The position numbers and the translations under genes are program-made. This document shows, in pieces, positions 12,690 to 27,408 of a DNA stretch of 64,000 bases (positions are counted from its first letter, which is position 1; each line of letters begins with the position of its first letter). Below the pieces are notes generated by a model. The model made no database searches. It had not been told where the DNA came from and saw only the letters and a program-made list of their open reading frames with translations. Location: NCBI RefSeq assembly GCF_009914755.1, contig NC_060935.1; one strand, 5' to 3'. Source of the stretch: the human T2T-CHM13v2.0 reference genome, Homo sapiens.

Positions 12690-14789
12690 GGGAAAAGCAA
12701 AATCTTCACATAAAAACTAGATGGAAGCATTCTCAGAAACTACTCTGTGATGATTGCATTCGACTCACAGAGTTGAACATTCCTATAGATAGAGCAGGTT
12801 GTAAACAATCTTTTTGTAGAATCTGGGATTGGAGATTTGGACTGCTTTGAGGCCTACTGTAGTAAAGGAAATAACTTCATCTAAAAACCAAACGGAAGCA
12901 TTCACAGACAATTCTTAGTGATCATTGGAATGAACTAACAGAGCTGAACATTCCTTTAGATGGAGCAGTTTCCAAACACACTTTCTGTAGAATCTGCAAG
13001 TGGATATTTGGACCTCTCTGAGGATTTCGTTGGAAACGGGATAAATTTCCCAGAACTACACGGAAGCATTCTGAGAAACTTCTTTGTGATGTTTGCATTC
13101 AACTCACAGAGTTGAACCTTGCTTTCATAGTTCAGCTTTCAAACACTCTTTTTGTAGAATCTGCAAGTGGATATTTGGACCACTTTGTGGCCTTCCTTCG
13201 AAACGGGTATATCTTCACATCAAACCTAGACAGAAGCATTCTCAGAATGTTTCCTGTGATGACTGCATTCAACTCACAGAGGTGAACAATCCTGTTGATG
13301 GAGCAGTTTTGAAACTCTCTTTCTTTGGATTCTGCAAGTGGATATGTGGACCTCTGTGAAGATTTCGTTGGAAACGGGTTCATCTTCACAGAAAAACTAA
13401 ACAGGAGCATTCTCAGAAACTGCTTTGTGATGTTTGTGTTCCACTTCAAGAATTGAACTTTCCTCTTGACAGAGCAGCTCTGAAACCCTCTTTTTCCAGA
13501 ATCTGCAAGTGGACATTTGGAGGGCTTTGAGGCCTGTGGTGGAAAAGGAAAATCTTCACATAAAAACTGGATGGAAGCATTCTCAGAAACTACTCTGTGA
13601 TGATTGCATTCGACTCACAGAGTTGAACATTCCTATAGATAGAGCAGGTTGTAAACAATCTTTTTGTAGAATCTGGGATTGGAGATTTGGACTGCTTTGA
13701 GGCCTACTGTAGTAAAGGAAATAACTTCATCTAAAAACCAAACGGAAGCATTCACAGACAATTCTTAGTGATCATTGGAATGAACTAACAGAGCTGAACA
13801 TTCCTTTAGATGGAGCAGTTTCCAAACACACTTTCTGTAGAATCTGCAAGTGGATATTTGGACCTCTCTGAGGATTTCGTTGGAAACGGGATAAATTTCC
13901 CAGAACTACACGGAAGCATTCTGAGAAACTTCTTTGTGATGTTTGCATTCAACTCACAGAGTTGAACCTTGCTTTCATAGTTCAGCTTTCAAACACTCTT
14001 TTTGTAGAATCTGCAAGTGGATATTTGGACCACTTTGTTGCCTTCCTTCGAAACGGGTATATCTTCACATCAAACCTAGACAGAAGCATTCTCAGAATGT
14101 TTCCTGTGATGACTGCATTCAACTCACAGAGGTGAACAATCCTGTTGATGGAGCAGTTTTGAAACTCTCTTTCTATGGATTCTGCAAGTGGATATGTGGA
14201 CCTCTGTGAAGATTTCGTTGGAAACGGGTTCATCTTCACAGAAAAACTAAACAGGAGCATTCTCAGAAACTGCTTTGTGATGTTTGTGTTCCACTTCAAG
14301 AATTGAACTTTCCTCTTGACAGAGGAGATCTGAAACCCTCTTTTTCTAGAATCTGCAAGTGGACATTTGGAGGGCTTTGAGGCCTGTGGTGGAAAAGGAA
14401 AATCTTCACATAAAAACTAGATGGAAGCATTCTCAGAAACTACTCTGTGATGATTGCATTCGACTCACAGAGCTGAACATTCCTATAGATAGAGCAGGTT
14501 GTAAACAATCTTTTTGTAGAATCTGCGATTGGAGATTTGGACTGCTTTGAGGCCTACTGTAGTAAAGGAAATAACTTCATCTAAAAACGAAACGGAAGCA
14601 TTCACAGACAATTCTTAGTGATCATTGGATTGAACTAACAGAGCTGAACATTCCTTTAGATGGCGCAGTTTCCAAACACACTTTCTGTAGAATCTGCAAG
14701 TGGATATTTGGACCTCTGTGAGGATTTCGTTGGAAACGGGATAAACTTCCCAGAACTACACGGAAGCATTCTGAGAAAATTCTTTGTGA

Positions 14790-17700
14790 TGTTTGCATTC
14801 AACTCACAGAGTTGAACCTTGCTTTCATAGTTCAGCTTTCAAACACTCTTTTTGTAGAATCTGGAAGTGGATATTTGGACCACTTTGTGGCCTTCCTTCG
14901 AAACGGGTATATCTTCACATCAAACCTAGACAGAAGCATTCTCAGAATGTTTCCTGTGATGACTGCATTCAACTCACAGAGGTGAACAATCCTGTTGATG
15001 GAGCAGATTTGAATCTCTCTTTCTTTGGATTCTGCAAGTGGATATGTGGACCTCTGTGAAGATTTCGTTAGAAACGGGTTCATTTTCACAGAAAAACTAA
15101 ACAGAAGCATTCTCAGAAACTGCTTTGTGATGTTTGTGTTCCACTTCAAGAATTGAACTTTCCTCTTGACAGAGCAGCTCTGAAACCCTCTTTTTCTAGA
15201 ATGTGCAAGTGGACATTTGGAGGGCTTTGAGGCCTGTGGTGGAAAAGGAAAATCTTCACATAAAAAATAGATGGAAGCATTCTCAGAAACTACTTTGTGA
15301 TGATTATATTCGACTCACAGAGTTGAACATTCCTATAGATAGAGCAGGTTGTAAACAATCTTTTTGTAGAATCTGCGATTGGAGATTTGGACTGCTTTGA
15401 GGCCTACTGTAGTAAAGGAAATAACTTCATCTAAAAACCAAACGGAAGCATTCACAGACAATTCTTAGTGATCATTGGATTGAACTAACAGAGCTGAACA
15501 TTCCTTTAGATGGGGCAGTTTCCAAACACACTTTCTGTAGAATCTGCAAGTGGATATTTGGACTTCTCTGAGGATTTCGTTGGAAACGGGATAAACTTCC
15601 CAGAACTACACGGAAGCATTCTGAGAAACTTCTTTGTGATGTTTGCATTCAACTCACAGAGTTGAACCTTGCTTTCATAGTTCAGCTTTCAAACACTCTT
15701 TTTGTAGAATCTGCAAGTGGATATTTGGACCACTTTGTGGCCTTCCTTTGAAACGGGTATATCTTCACATCAAACCTAGACAGAAGCATTCTCAGAATGT
15801 TTCCTGTGATGACTGCATTCAACTCACAGAGGTGAACAATCCTGCTGATGGAGCAGTTTTGAAACTCTCTTTCTTTGGATTCTGCAAGTGGATATGTGGA
15901 CCTCTGTGAAGATTTCGTTGGAAACGGGTTCATCTTCACAGAAAAACTAAACAGAAGCATTCTCAGAAACTGCTTTGTGATGTTTGTGTTCCACTTCAAG
16001 AATTGAACTTTCCTCTTGACAGAGCAGCTCTGAAACCCTCTTTTTCTAGAATCTGCAAGTGGACATTTGGAGGGCTTTGAGGCCTGTGGGGGAAAAGGAA
16101 AATCTTCACATAAAAACTAGATGGAAGCATTCTCAGAAACTACTTTGTGATGATTGCATTCGACTCACAGAGTTGAACATTCCTATAGATAGACCAGGTT
16201 GTAAACAATTTTTTGTAGAATCTGCGATTGGAGATTTGGACTGCTTTGAGGCCTACTGTAGTAAAGGAAATAACTTCATCTAAAAACCAAACGGAAGCAT
16301 TCACAGACAATTCTTAGTGATCATTGGATTGAACTAACAGAGCTGAACATTCCTTTAGATGGAGCAGTTTCCAAACACACTTTCTGTAGAATCTGCAAGT
16401 GGATATTTGGACCTCTCTGAGGATTTCGTTGGAAACGGGATAAACTTACCTGAACTACACGGAAGCATTCTGAGAAACTTCTTTGGATGTTTGCATTCAA
16501 CTCACAGAGTTGAACCTTGCTTTCATAGTTCAGCTTTCAAACACTCTTTTTGTAGAATCTGGAAGTGGATATTTGGACCACTTTGTGGCCTTCCTTCGAA
16601 ACGGGTATATCTTCACATCAAACCTTGACAGAAGCATTCTCAGAATGTTTCCTGTGATGACTGCATTCAACTCACAGAGGTGAACAATCCTGTTGATGGA
16701 GCAGATTTGAATCTCTCTTTCTTTGGATTCTGCAAGTGGATATGTGGACCTCTGTGAAGATTTCGTTAGAAACGGGTTCATTTTCACAGAAAAACTAAAC
16801 AGAAGCATTCTCAGAAACTGCTTTGTGATGTTTGTGTTCCACTTCAAGAATTGAACTTTCCTCTTGACAGAGCAGCTCTGAAACCCTCTTTTTCTAGAAT
16901 GTGCAAGTGGACATTTGGAGGGCTTTGAGGCCTGTGGTGGAAAAGGAAAATCTTCACATAAAAAATAGATGGAAGCATTCTCAGAAACTACTTTGTGATG
17001 ATTATATTCGACTCACAGAGTTGAACATTCCTATAGATAGAGCAGGTTGTAAACAATCTTTTTGTAGAATCTGCGATTGGAGATTTGGACTGCTTTGAGG
17101 CCTACTGTAGTAAAGGAAATAACTTCATCTAAAAACCAAACGGAAGCATTCACAGACAATTCTTAGTGATCATTGGATTGAACTAACAGAGCTGAACATT
17201 CCTTTAGATGGGGCAGTTTCCAAACACACTTTCTGTAGAATCTGCAAGTGGATATTTGGACTTCTCTGAGGATTTCGTTGGAAACGGGATAAACTTCCCA
17301 GAACTACACGGAAGCATTCTGAGAAACTTCTTTGTGATGTTTGCATTCAACTCACAGAGTTGAACCTTGCTTTCATAGTTCAGCTTTCAAACACTCTTTT
17401 TGTAGAATCTGCAAGTGGATATTTGGACCACTTTGTGGCCTTCCTTTGAAACGGGTATATCTTCACATCAAACCTAGACAGAAGCATTCTCAGAATGTTT
17501 CCTGTGATGACTGCATTCAACTCACAGAGGTGAACAATCCTGCTGATGGAGCAGTTTTGAAACTCTCTTTCTTTGGATTCTGCAAGTGGATATGTGGACC
17601 TCTGTGAAGATTTCGTTGGAAACGGGTTCATCTTCACAGAAAAACTAAACAGAAGCATTCTCAGAAACTGCTTTGTGATGTTTGTGTTCCACTTCAAGAA

Positions 17701-18258
17701 TTGAACTTTCCTCTTGACAGAGCAGCTCTGAAACCCTCTTTTTCTAGAATCTGCAAGTGGACATTTGGAGGGCTTTGAGGCCTGTGGGGGAAAAGGAAAA
17801 TCTTCACATAAAAACTAGATGGAAGCATTCTCAGAAACTACTTTGTGATGATTGCATTCGACTCACAGAGTTGAACATTCCTATAGATAGAGCAGGTTGT
17901 AAACAATTTTTTGTAGAATCTGCGATTGGAGATTTGGACTGCTTTGAGGCCTACTGTAGTAAAGGAAATAACTTCATCTAAAAACCAAACGGAAGCATTC
18001 ACAGACAATTCTTAGTGATCATTGGATTGAACTAACAGAGCTGAACATTCCTTTAGATGGAGCAGTTTCCAAACACACTTTCTGTAGAATCTGCAAGTGG
18101 ATATTTGGACCTCTCTGAGGATTTCGTTGGAAACGGGATAAACTTACCAGAACTACACGGAAGCATTCTGAGAAACTTCTTTGGATGTTTGCATTCAACT
18201 CACAGAGTTGAACCTTGCTTTCATAGTTCAGCTTTCAAACACTCTTTTTGTAGAATCT
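14790..18258 (+). repeat. Tandem duplication of a 2-HOR block (period 1698, two 1-bp deletions per copy)
   Basis: TTCGTTAGA, AAAAATAG, GATTATATT, TGTGGGG, ACAATTTTTTG and CTTTGGATG each recur at +1698; ORFs 15203/16901 and 16059/17757. Confidence 0.88.
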
Positions 18259-18850
18259 GCAAGTGGATATTTGGACCACTTTGTGGCCTTCCTTCGAAAC
18301 GGGTATATCTTCACATCAAACCTAGACAGAAGCATTCTCAGAATGTTTCCTGTGATGACTGCATTCAACTCACAGAGGTGAACGATCCTTCTGATGGAGC
18401 AGTTTTGAAACTCTCTTTCTTTGGATTCTGCAAGTGGATATGTGGACCTCTGTGAAGATTTCGTTGGAAACGGGTTCATCTTCACAGAGAAACTAAACAG
18501 GAGCATTCTCAGAAACTGCTTTGTGATGTTTGTGTTCCACTTCAAGAATTGAACTTTCCTCTTGACAGAGCAGCTCTGAAACCCTCTTTTTCTAGAATCT
18601 GCAAGTGGACATTTGGAGGGCTTTGAGGCCTGTGGTGGAAAAGGAAAATCTTCACATAAAAACTAGATGGAAGCATTCTCAGAAACTACTCTGTGATGAT
18701 TGCATTCGACTCACGGAGTTGAACATTCCTATAGATAGAGCAGGTTGTAAACAATCTTTTTGTAGAATCTGCGATTGGAGATTTGGACTGCTTTGAGGCC
18801 TACTGTAGTAAAGGAAATAACTTCATCTAAAAACCAAACGGAAGCATTCA

Positions 18851-21334
18851 AAGACAATTCTTAGTGATCATTGGATTGAAGTAACAGAGCTGAACATTCC
18901 TTTAGATGGCGCAGTTTCCAAACACACTTTCTGTAGAATCTGCAAGTGGATATTTGGACCTCTCTGAGGATTTCGTTGGAAACGGGATAAACTTCCCAGA
19001 ACTACACGGAAGCATTCTGAGAAACTTCTTTGTGATGTTTGCATTCAACTCACAGAGTTGAACCTTGCTTTCATAGTTCAGCTTTCAAACACTCTTTTTG
19101 TAGAATCTGCAAGTGGATATTTGGACCACTTTGTGGCCTTCCTTCGAAACGGGTATATCTTCACATCAAACCTAGACAGAAGCATTCTCAGAATGTTTCC
19201 TGTGATGACTGCATTCAACTCACAGAGGTGAACAATCCTGCTGATGGACCAGTTTTGAAACTCTCTTTCTTTGGATTCTGCAAGTGGATATGTGGACCTC
19301 TGTGAAGATTTCGTTGGAAACGGGTTCATCTTCACAGAAAAACTAAACAGGAGCATTCTCAGAAACTGCTTTGTGATGTTTGTGTTCCACTTCAGGAATT
19401 GAACTTTCCTCTTGACAGAGCAGCTCTGAAACCCTCTTTTTCCAGAATCTGCAAGTGGACATTTGAAGGGCTTTGAGGCCTGTGGTGGAAAAGGAAAATC
19501 TTCACATAAAAACTAGATGGAAGCATTCTCAGAAACTACTTTGTGATGATTGCATTCGACTCACAGAGTTGAACATTCCTATAGATAGAGCAGGTTGTAA
19601 ACAATCTTTTTGTAGAATCTGCGATTGGAGATTTGGACTGCTTTGAGGCCTACTGTAGTAAAGGAAATAACTTCATCTAAAAACCAAACGGAAGGATTCA
19701 CAGACAATTCTTAGTGATCATTGGATTGAACTAACAGAGCTGAACATTCCTTTAGATGGCGCAGTTTCCAAACACACTTTCTGTAGAATCTGCAAGTGGA
19801 TATTTGGACCTCTCTGAGGATTTCTTTGGAAACGGGATAAACTTCCCAGAACTACACGGAAGCATTCTGAGAAACTTCTTTGTGATGTTTGCATTCAACT
19901 CACAGAGTTGAACCTGGCTTTCATAGTTCAGCTTTCAAACACTCTTTTTGTAGAATCTGCAAGTGGATATTTGGACCACTTTGTGGTCTTCCTTCGAAAC
20001 GGGTATATCTTCACATCAAACCTAGACAGAAGCATTCTCAGAATGTTTCCTGTGATGACTGCATTCAACTCACAGAGGTGAACAATCCTGCTGATGGAGC
20101 AGTGTTGAAACTCTCTTTCTTTGGATTCTGCAAGTGGATATGTGGACCTCTGTGAAGATTTCATTGGAAACGGGTTCATCTTCACAGAAAAACTAAACAG
20201 GAGCATTCTCAGAAACTGCTTTGTGATGTTTGTTTTCCACTTCAGGAATTGAACTTTCCTCTTGATAGAGCAGCTCTGAAACCCTCTTTTTCTAGGATCT
20301 GCAAGTGGACATTTGGAGGGCTTTGAGGCCTGTGGTGGAAAAGGAAAATCTTCACATAAAAACTAGATGGAAGCATTCTCAGAAACTACTTTGTGATGAT
20401 TGCATTCGACTCACAGAGTTGAACATTCCTATAGATAGAGCAGGTTGTAAACAATCTTTCTGTAGAATCTGCGATTGGAGATTTGGACTGCTTTGAGGCC
20501 TACTGTAGTAAAGGAAATAACTTCATCTAAAAACCAAACGGAAGCATTCAAAGACAATTCTTAGTGATCATTGGATTGAACTAACAGAGCTGAACATTCC
20601 TTTAGATGGCGCAGTTTCCAAACACACTTTCTGTAGAATCTGCAAGTGGATATTTGGACCTCTCTGAGGATTTCTTTGGAAACGGGATAAACTTCCCAGA
20701 ACTACACGGAAGCATTCTGAGAAACTTCTTTGTGATGTTTGCATTCAACTCACAGAGTTGAACCTTGCTTTCATAGTTCAGCTTTCAAACACTCTTTTTG
20801 TAGAATCTGCAAGTGGATATTTGGACCACTTTGTGGCCTTCCTTCGAAACGGGTATATCTTCACATCAAACCTAGACAGAAGCATTCTCAGAATGTTTCC
20901 TGTGATGACTGCATTCAACTCACAGAGGTGAACAATCCTGCTGATGGAGCAGTTTTGAAACTCTCTTTCTTTGGATTCTGCAAGTGGATATGTGGACCTC
21001 TGTGAAGATTTCGTTGGAAACGGGTTCATCTTCACAGAAAAACTAAACAGGAGCATTCTCAGAAACTGCTTTGTGATGTTTGTGTTCCACTTCAGGAATT
21101 GAACTTTCCTCTTGACAGAGCAGCTCTGAAACCCTCTTTTTCTAGAATCTGCAAGTGGACATTTGGAGGGCTTTGAGGCCTGTGGTGGAAAAGGAAAATC
21201 TTCACATAAAAACTAGATGGAAGCATTCTCAGAAACTACTTTGTGATGATTGCATTCGACTCACAGAGTTGAACATTCCTATAGATAGAGCAGGTTGTAA
21301 ACAATCTTTTTGTAGAATCTGCGATTGGAGATTT
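18851..21334 (+). repeat. Dispersed copy of the ~3-HOR block at ~6106-8589 (offset 12745)
   Basis: Shared rare variants GGAAGGATTC, TTTCTTTGG (twice), CCTGGC, GGTCTT, GCAGTGTT, TTTCATTGG and TGTTTTCC. Confidence 0.88.
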
Positions 21335-22184
21335 GGACTGCTTTGAGGCCTACTGTAGTAAAGGAAATAACTTCATCTAAAAACCAAACGGAAGCATTCA
21401 CAGACAATTCTTAGTGATCATTGGATTGAACTAACAGAGCTGAACATTCCTTTAGATGGCGCAGTTTCCAAACACACTTTCTGTAGAATCTGCAAGTGGA
21501 TATTTGGACCTCTCTGAGGATTTCGTTGGAAACGGGATAAACTTCCCAGAACTACACGGAAGCATTCTGAGAAACTTCTTTGTGATGTTTGCATTCAACT
21601 CACAGAGTTGAACCTTGCTTTCATAGTTCAGCTTTCAAACACTCTTTTTGTAGAATCTGCAAGTGGATATTTGGACCACTTTGTGGCCTTCCTTCGAAAC
21701 GGGTATATCTTCACATCAAACCTAGACAGAAGCATTCTCAGAATGTTTCCTGTGATGACTGCATTCAACTCACAGAGGTGAACAATCCTGTTGATGGAGC
21801 AGTTTTGAAACTCTCTTTCTTTGGATTCTGCAAGTGGATATGTGGACCTCTGTGAAGATTTCGTTGGAAACGGGTTCATCTTCACAGAAAAACTAAACAG
21901 GAGCATTCTCAGAAACTGCTTTGTGATGTTTGTGATCCACTTCAGGAGTTGAACTTTCCTCTTGACAGAGCAGCTCTGAAACCCTCTTTTTCCAGAATCT
22001 GCAAGTGGACATTTGGAGGGCTTTGAGGCCTGTGGTGGAAAAGGAAAATCTTCACATAAAAACTAGATGGAAGCATTCTCAGAAACTACTTTGTGATGAT
22101 TGCATTCGACTCACAGAGTTGAACATCCTATAGATAGAGCAGGTTGTAAACAATCTTTTTGTAGAATCTGCGATTGGAGATTTG

Positions 22185-25100
22185 GACTGCTTTGAGGCCT
22201 ACTGTAGTAAAGGAAATAACTTCATCTAAAAACCAAACGGAAGCATTCACAGACAATTCTTAGTGATCATTGGATTGAACTAACAGAGCTGAACATTCCT
22301 TTAGATGGAGCAGTTTCCAAACACACTTTCTGTAGAATCTGCAAGTGGATATTTGGACTTCTCTGAGGATTTCGTTGGAAACGGGATAAATTTCCCAGAA
22401 CTACACGGAAGCATTCTGAGAAACTTCTTTGTGATGTTTGCATTCAACTCACAGAGTTGAACCTTGCTTTCATAGTTCAGCTTTCAAACACTCTTTTTGT
22501 AGAATCTGCAAGTGGATATTTGGACCACTTTGTGGCCTTCCTTCGAAACGTGTATATCTTCACATCAAACCTAGACAGAAGCATTTTCAGAATGTTTCCT
22601 GTGATGACTGCATTCAACTCCCAGAGGTGAACAATCCTGCTGATGGAACAGTTTTGAAACTCTCTTTCTTTGGATTCTGCAAGTGGATATGTGGACCTCT
22701 GTGAATATTTCGTTGGAAACGGGTTCATCTTCACAGAAAAACTAAACAGGAGCATTCTCAGAAACTGCTTTGTGATGTTTGTGTTCCACTTCAAGAATTG
22801 ACCTTTCCTCTTGACAGAGCAGCTCTGAAACCCTCTTTTTCTAGAATCAGCAAGTGGACATTTGGAGGGCTTTGAGGCCTGTGGTGGAAAAGGAAAATCT
22901 TCACATAAAAACTAGATGGAAGCATTCTCAGAAACTACTTTGTGATGATTGCATTCGACTCACAGAGTTGAACATTCCTATAGATAGAGCAGGTTGTAAA
23001 CAATCTTTTTGTAGAATCTGCGATTGGAGATTTGGACTGCTTTGAGGCCTACTGTAGTAAAGGAAATAACTTCATCTAAAAACCAAACGGAAGCATTCAC
23101 AGACAATTCTTAGTGATCATTGGATTGAACGAACAGAGCTGAACATTCCTTTAGATGGAGCAGTTTCCAAACACACTTTCTGTAGAATCTGCACGTGGAT
23201 ATTTGGACCTCTCTGAGGATTTCGTTGGAAACGGGATAAACTTCCCAGAACTACACGGAAGCATTCTGAGAAACTTCTTTGTGATGTTTGCATTCAACTC
23301 ACAGAGTTGAACCTTGCTTTCATAGTTCAGCTTTCAAACACTCTTTTTGTAGAATCTGCAAGTGGATATTTGGACCACTTTGTGGCCTTCCTTCGAAACG
23401 GGTATATCTTCACATCAAACCTAGACAGAAGCATTCTCAGAATGTTTCCTGTGATGACTGCATTCAACTCACATGGGTGAACAATCCTGCTGATGGACCA
23501 GTTTTGAAACTCTCTTTCTTTGGATTCTGCAAGTGGATATGTGGACCTCTGTGAAGATATCGTTGGAAACGGGTTCATCTTCACAGAAAAACTAAACAGG
23601 AGCATTCTCAGAAACTGCTTTGTGATGTTTGTGTTCCACTTCAAGAATTGAACTTTCCTCTTGACAGAGCAGCTCTGAAACCCTCTTTTTCTAGAATCAG
23701 CAAGTGGACATTTGGAGGGCTTTGAGGCCTGTGGTGGAAAAGGAAAATCTTCACATAAAAACTAGATGGAAGCATTCTCAGAAACTACTTTGTGATGATT
23801 GCATTCGACTCACAGAGTTGAACATTCCTATAGATAGAGCAGGTTGTAAACAATCTTTTTGTAGAATCTGCGATTGGAGATTTGGACTGCTTTGAGGCCT
23901 ACTGTAGTAAAGGAAATAACTTCATCTAAAAACCGAACGGAAGCATTCACAGACAATGCTTAGTGATCATTGGATTGAACTAACAGAGCTGAACATTCCT
24001 TTAGATGGAGCAGTTTCCAAACACACTTTCTGTAGAATCTGCAAGTGGATATTTGGACCTCTCTGAGGATTTCGTTGGAAACGGGATAAACTTCCCAGAA
24101 CTACACGGAAGCATTCTGAGAAACTTCTTTGTGATGTTTGCATTCAACTCACAGAGTTGAACCTTGCTTTCATAGTTCAGCTTTCAAACACTCTCTTTGT
24201 AGAATCTGCAAGTGGATATTTGGACCACTTTGTGGCCTTCCTTCGAAACGGGTATATCTTCACATCAAACCTAGACAGAAGCATTCTCAGAATGTTTCCT
24301 GTGATGACTGCATTCAACTCACAGAGGTGAACAATCCTGCTGATGGAGCAGTTTTGAAACTCTCTTTCTTTGGATTCTGCAAGTGGATATGTGGACCTCT
24401 GTGAAGATTTCGTTGGAAACGGGTTCATCTTCACAGAAAAACTAAACAGGAGCATTCTCAGAAACTGCTTTGTGATGTTTGTGTTCCACTTCAGGAATTG
24501 AACTTTCCTCTTGACAGAGCAGCTCTGAAACCCTCTTTTTCCAGAATCTGCAAGTGGACATTTGAAGGGCTTTGAGGCCTGTGGTGGAAAAGGAAAATCT
24601 TCACATAAAAACTAGATGGAAGCATTCTCAGAAACTACTTTGTGATGATTGCATTCGACTCACAGAGTTGAACATTCCTATAGATAGAGCAGGTTGTAAA
24701 CAATCTTTTTGTAGAATCTGCGATTGGAGATTTTGACTGCTTTGAGGCCTACTGTAGTAAAGGAAATAACTTCATCTAAAAACCAAACGGAAGCATTCAC
24801 AGACAATTCTTAGTGATCATTGGATTGAACTAACAGAGCTGAACATTCCTTTAGATGGAGCAGTTTCCAAACACACTTTCTGTAGAATCTGCAAGTGGAT
24901 ATTTGGACTTCTCTGAGGATTTCGTTGGAAACGGGATAAATTTCCCAGAACTACACGGAAGCATTCTGAGAAACTTCTTTGTGATGTTTGCATTCAACTC
25001 ACAGAGTTGAACCTTGCTTTCATAGTTCAGCTTTCAAACACTCTTTTTGTAGAATCTGCAAGTGGATATTTGGACCACTTTGTGGCCTTCCTTCGAAACG

Positions 25101-27408
25101 TGTATATCTTCACATCAAACCTAGACAGAAGCATTTTCAGAATGTTTCCTGTGATGACTGCATTCAACTCCCAGAGGTGAACAATCCTGCTGATGGAACA
25201 GTTTTGAAACTCTCTTTCTTTGGATTCTGCAAGTGGATATGTGGACCTCTGTGAATATTTCGTTGGAAACGGGTTCATCTTCACAGAAAAACTAAACAGG
25301 AGCATTCTCAGAAACTGCTTTGTGATGTTTGTGTTCCACTTCAAGAATTGACCTTTCCTCTTGACAGAGCAGCTCTGAAACCCTCTTTTTCTAGAATCAG
25401 CAAGTGGACATTTGGAGGGCTTTGAGGCCTGTGGTGGAAAAGGAAAATCTTCACATAAAAACTAGATGGAAGCATTCTCAGAAACTACTTTGTGATGATT
25501 GCATTCGACTCACAGAGTTGAACATTCCTATAGATAGAGCAGGTTGTAAACAATCTTTTTGTAGAATCTGCGATTGGAGATTTGGACTGCTTTGAGGCCT
25601 ACTGTAGTAAAGGAAATAACTTCATCTAAAAACCAAACGGAAGCATTCACAGACAATTCTTAGTGATCATTGGATTGAACGAACAGAGCTGAACATTCCT
25701 TTAGATGGAGCAGTTTCCAAACACACTTTCTGTAGAATCTGCACGTGGATATTTGGACCTCTCTGAGGATTTCGTTGGAAACGGGATAAACTTCCCAGAA
25801 CTACACGGAAGCATTCTGAGAAACTTCTTTGTGATGTTTGCATTCAACTCACAGAGTTGAACCTTGCTTTCATAGTTCAGCTTTCAAACACTCTTTTTGT
25901 AGAATCTGCAAGTGGATATTTGGACCACTTTGTGGCCTTCCTTCGAAACGGGTATATCTTCACATCAAACCTAGACAGAAGCATTCTCAGAATGTTTCCT
26001 GTGATGACTGCATTCAACTCACATGGGTGAACAATCCTGCTGATGGACCAGTTTTGAAACTCTCTTTCTTTGGATTCTGCAAGTGGATATGTGGACCTCT
26101 GTGAAGATATCGTTGGAAACGGGTTCATCTTCACAGAAAAACTAAACAGGAGCATTCTCAGAAACTGCTTTGTGATGTTTGTGTTCCACTTCAAGAATTG
26201 AACTTTCCTCTTGACAGAGCAGCTCTGAAACCCTCTTTTTCTAGAATCAGCAAGTGGACATTTGGAGGGCTTTGAGGCCTGTGGTGGAAAAGGAAAATCT
26301 TCACATAAAAACTAGATGGAAGCATTCTCAGAAACTACTTTGTGATGATTGCATTCGACTCACAGAGTTGAACATTCCTATAGATAGAGCAGGTTGTAAA
26401 CAATCTTTTTGTAGAATCTGCGATTGGAGATTTGGACTGCTTTGAGGCCTACTGTAGTAAAGGAAATAACTTCATCTAAAAACCGAACGGAAGCATTCAC
26501 AGACAATGCTTAGTGATCATTGGATTGAACTAACAGAGCTGAACATTCCTTTAGATGGAGCAGTTTCCAAACACACTTTCTGTAGAATCTGCAAGTGGAT
26601 ATTTGGACCTCTCTGAGGATTTCGTTGGAAACGGGATAAACTTCCCAGAACTACACGGAAGCATTCTGAGAAACTTCTTTGTGATGTTTGCATTCAACTC
26701 ACAGAGTTGAACCTTGCTTTCATAGTTCAGCTTTCAAACACTCTCTTTGTAGAATCTGCAAGTGGATATTTGGACCACTTTGTGGCCTTCCTTCGAAACG
26801 GGTATATCTTCACATCAAACCTAGACAGAAGCATTCTCAGAATGTTTCCTGTGATGACTGCATTCAACTCACAGAGGTGAACAATCCTGCTGATGGAGCA
26901 GTTTTGAAACTCTCTTTCTTTGGATTCTGCAAGTGGATATGTGGACCTCTGTGAAGATTTCGTTGGAAACGGGTTCATCTTCACAGAAAAACTAAACAGG
27001 AGCATTCTCAGAAACTGCTTTGTGATGTTTGTGTTCCACTTCAGGAATTGAACTTTCCTCTTGACAGAGCAGCTCTGAAACCCTCTTTTTCCAGAATCTG
27101 CAAGTGGACATTTGAAGGGCTTTGAGGCCTGTGGTGGAAAAGGAAAATCTTCACATAAAAACTAGATGGAAGCATTCTCAGAAACTACTTTGTGATGATT
27201 GCATTCGACTCACAGAGTTGAACATTCCTATAGATAGAGCAGGTTGTAAACAATCTTTTTGTAGAATCTGCGATTGGAGATTTTGACTGCTTTGAGGCCT
27301 ACTGTAGTAAAGGAAATAACTTCATCTAAAAACCAAACGGAAGCATTCACAGACAATTCTTAGTGATCATTGGATTGAACTAACAGAGCTGAACATTCCT
27401 TTAGATGG
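22185..27408 (+). repeat. Tandem duplication of a 3-HOR block (period 2550)
   Basis: More than 10 rare variants repeat at +2550 (GCATTTT, CCCAGAGG, GTGAATA, GCACGTG, ACATGGG, GATATCG, AACCGAA, CTCTCTTT); identical ORF translations at 22438/24988, 23288/25838 and 24138/26688. Confidence 0.92.

Noticed and set aside
9626-16777. Box variants GGAATCGGG (9626) and TTCGTTAGA (15063, 16761) as inactivated CENP-B boxes
   Set aside because: The changes fall outside the nine core recognition positions, so they are counted as intact.
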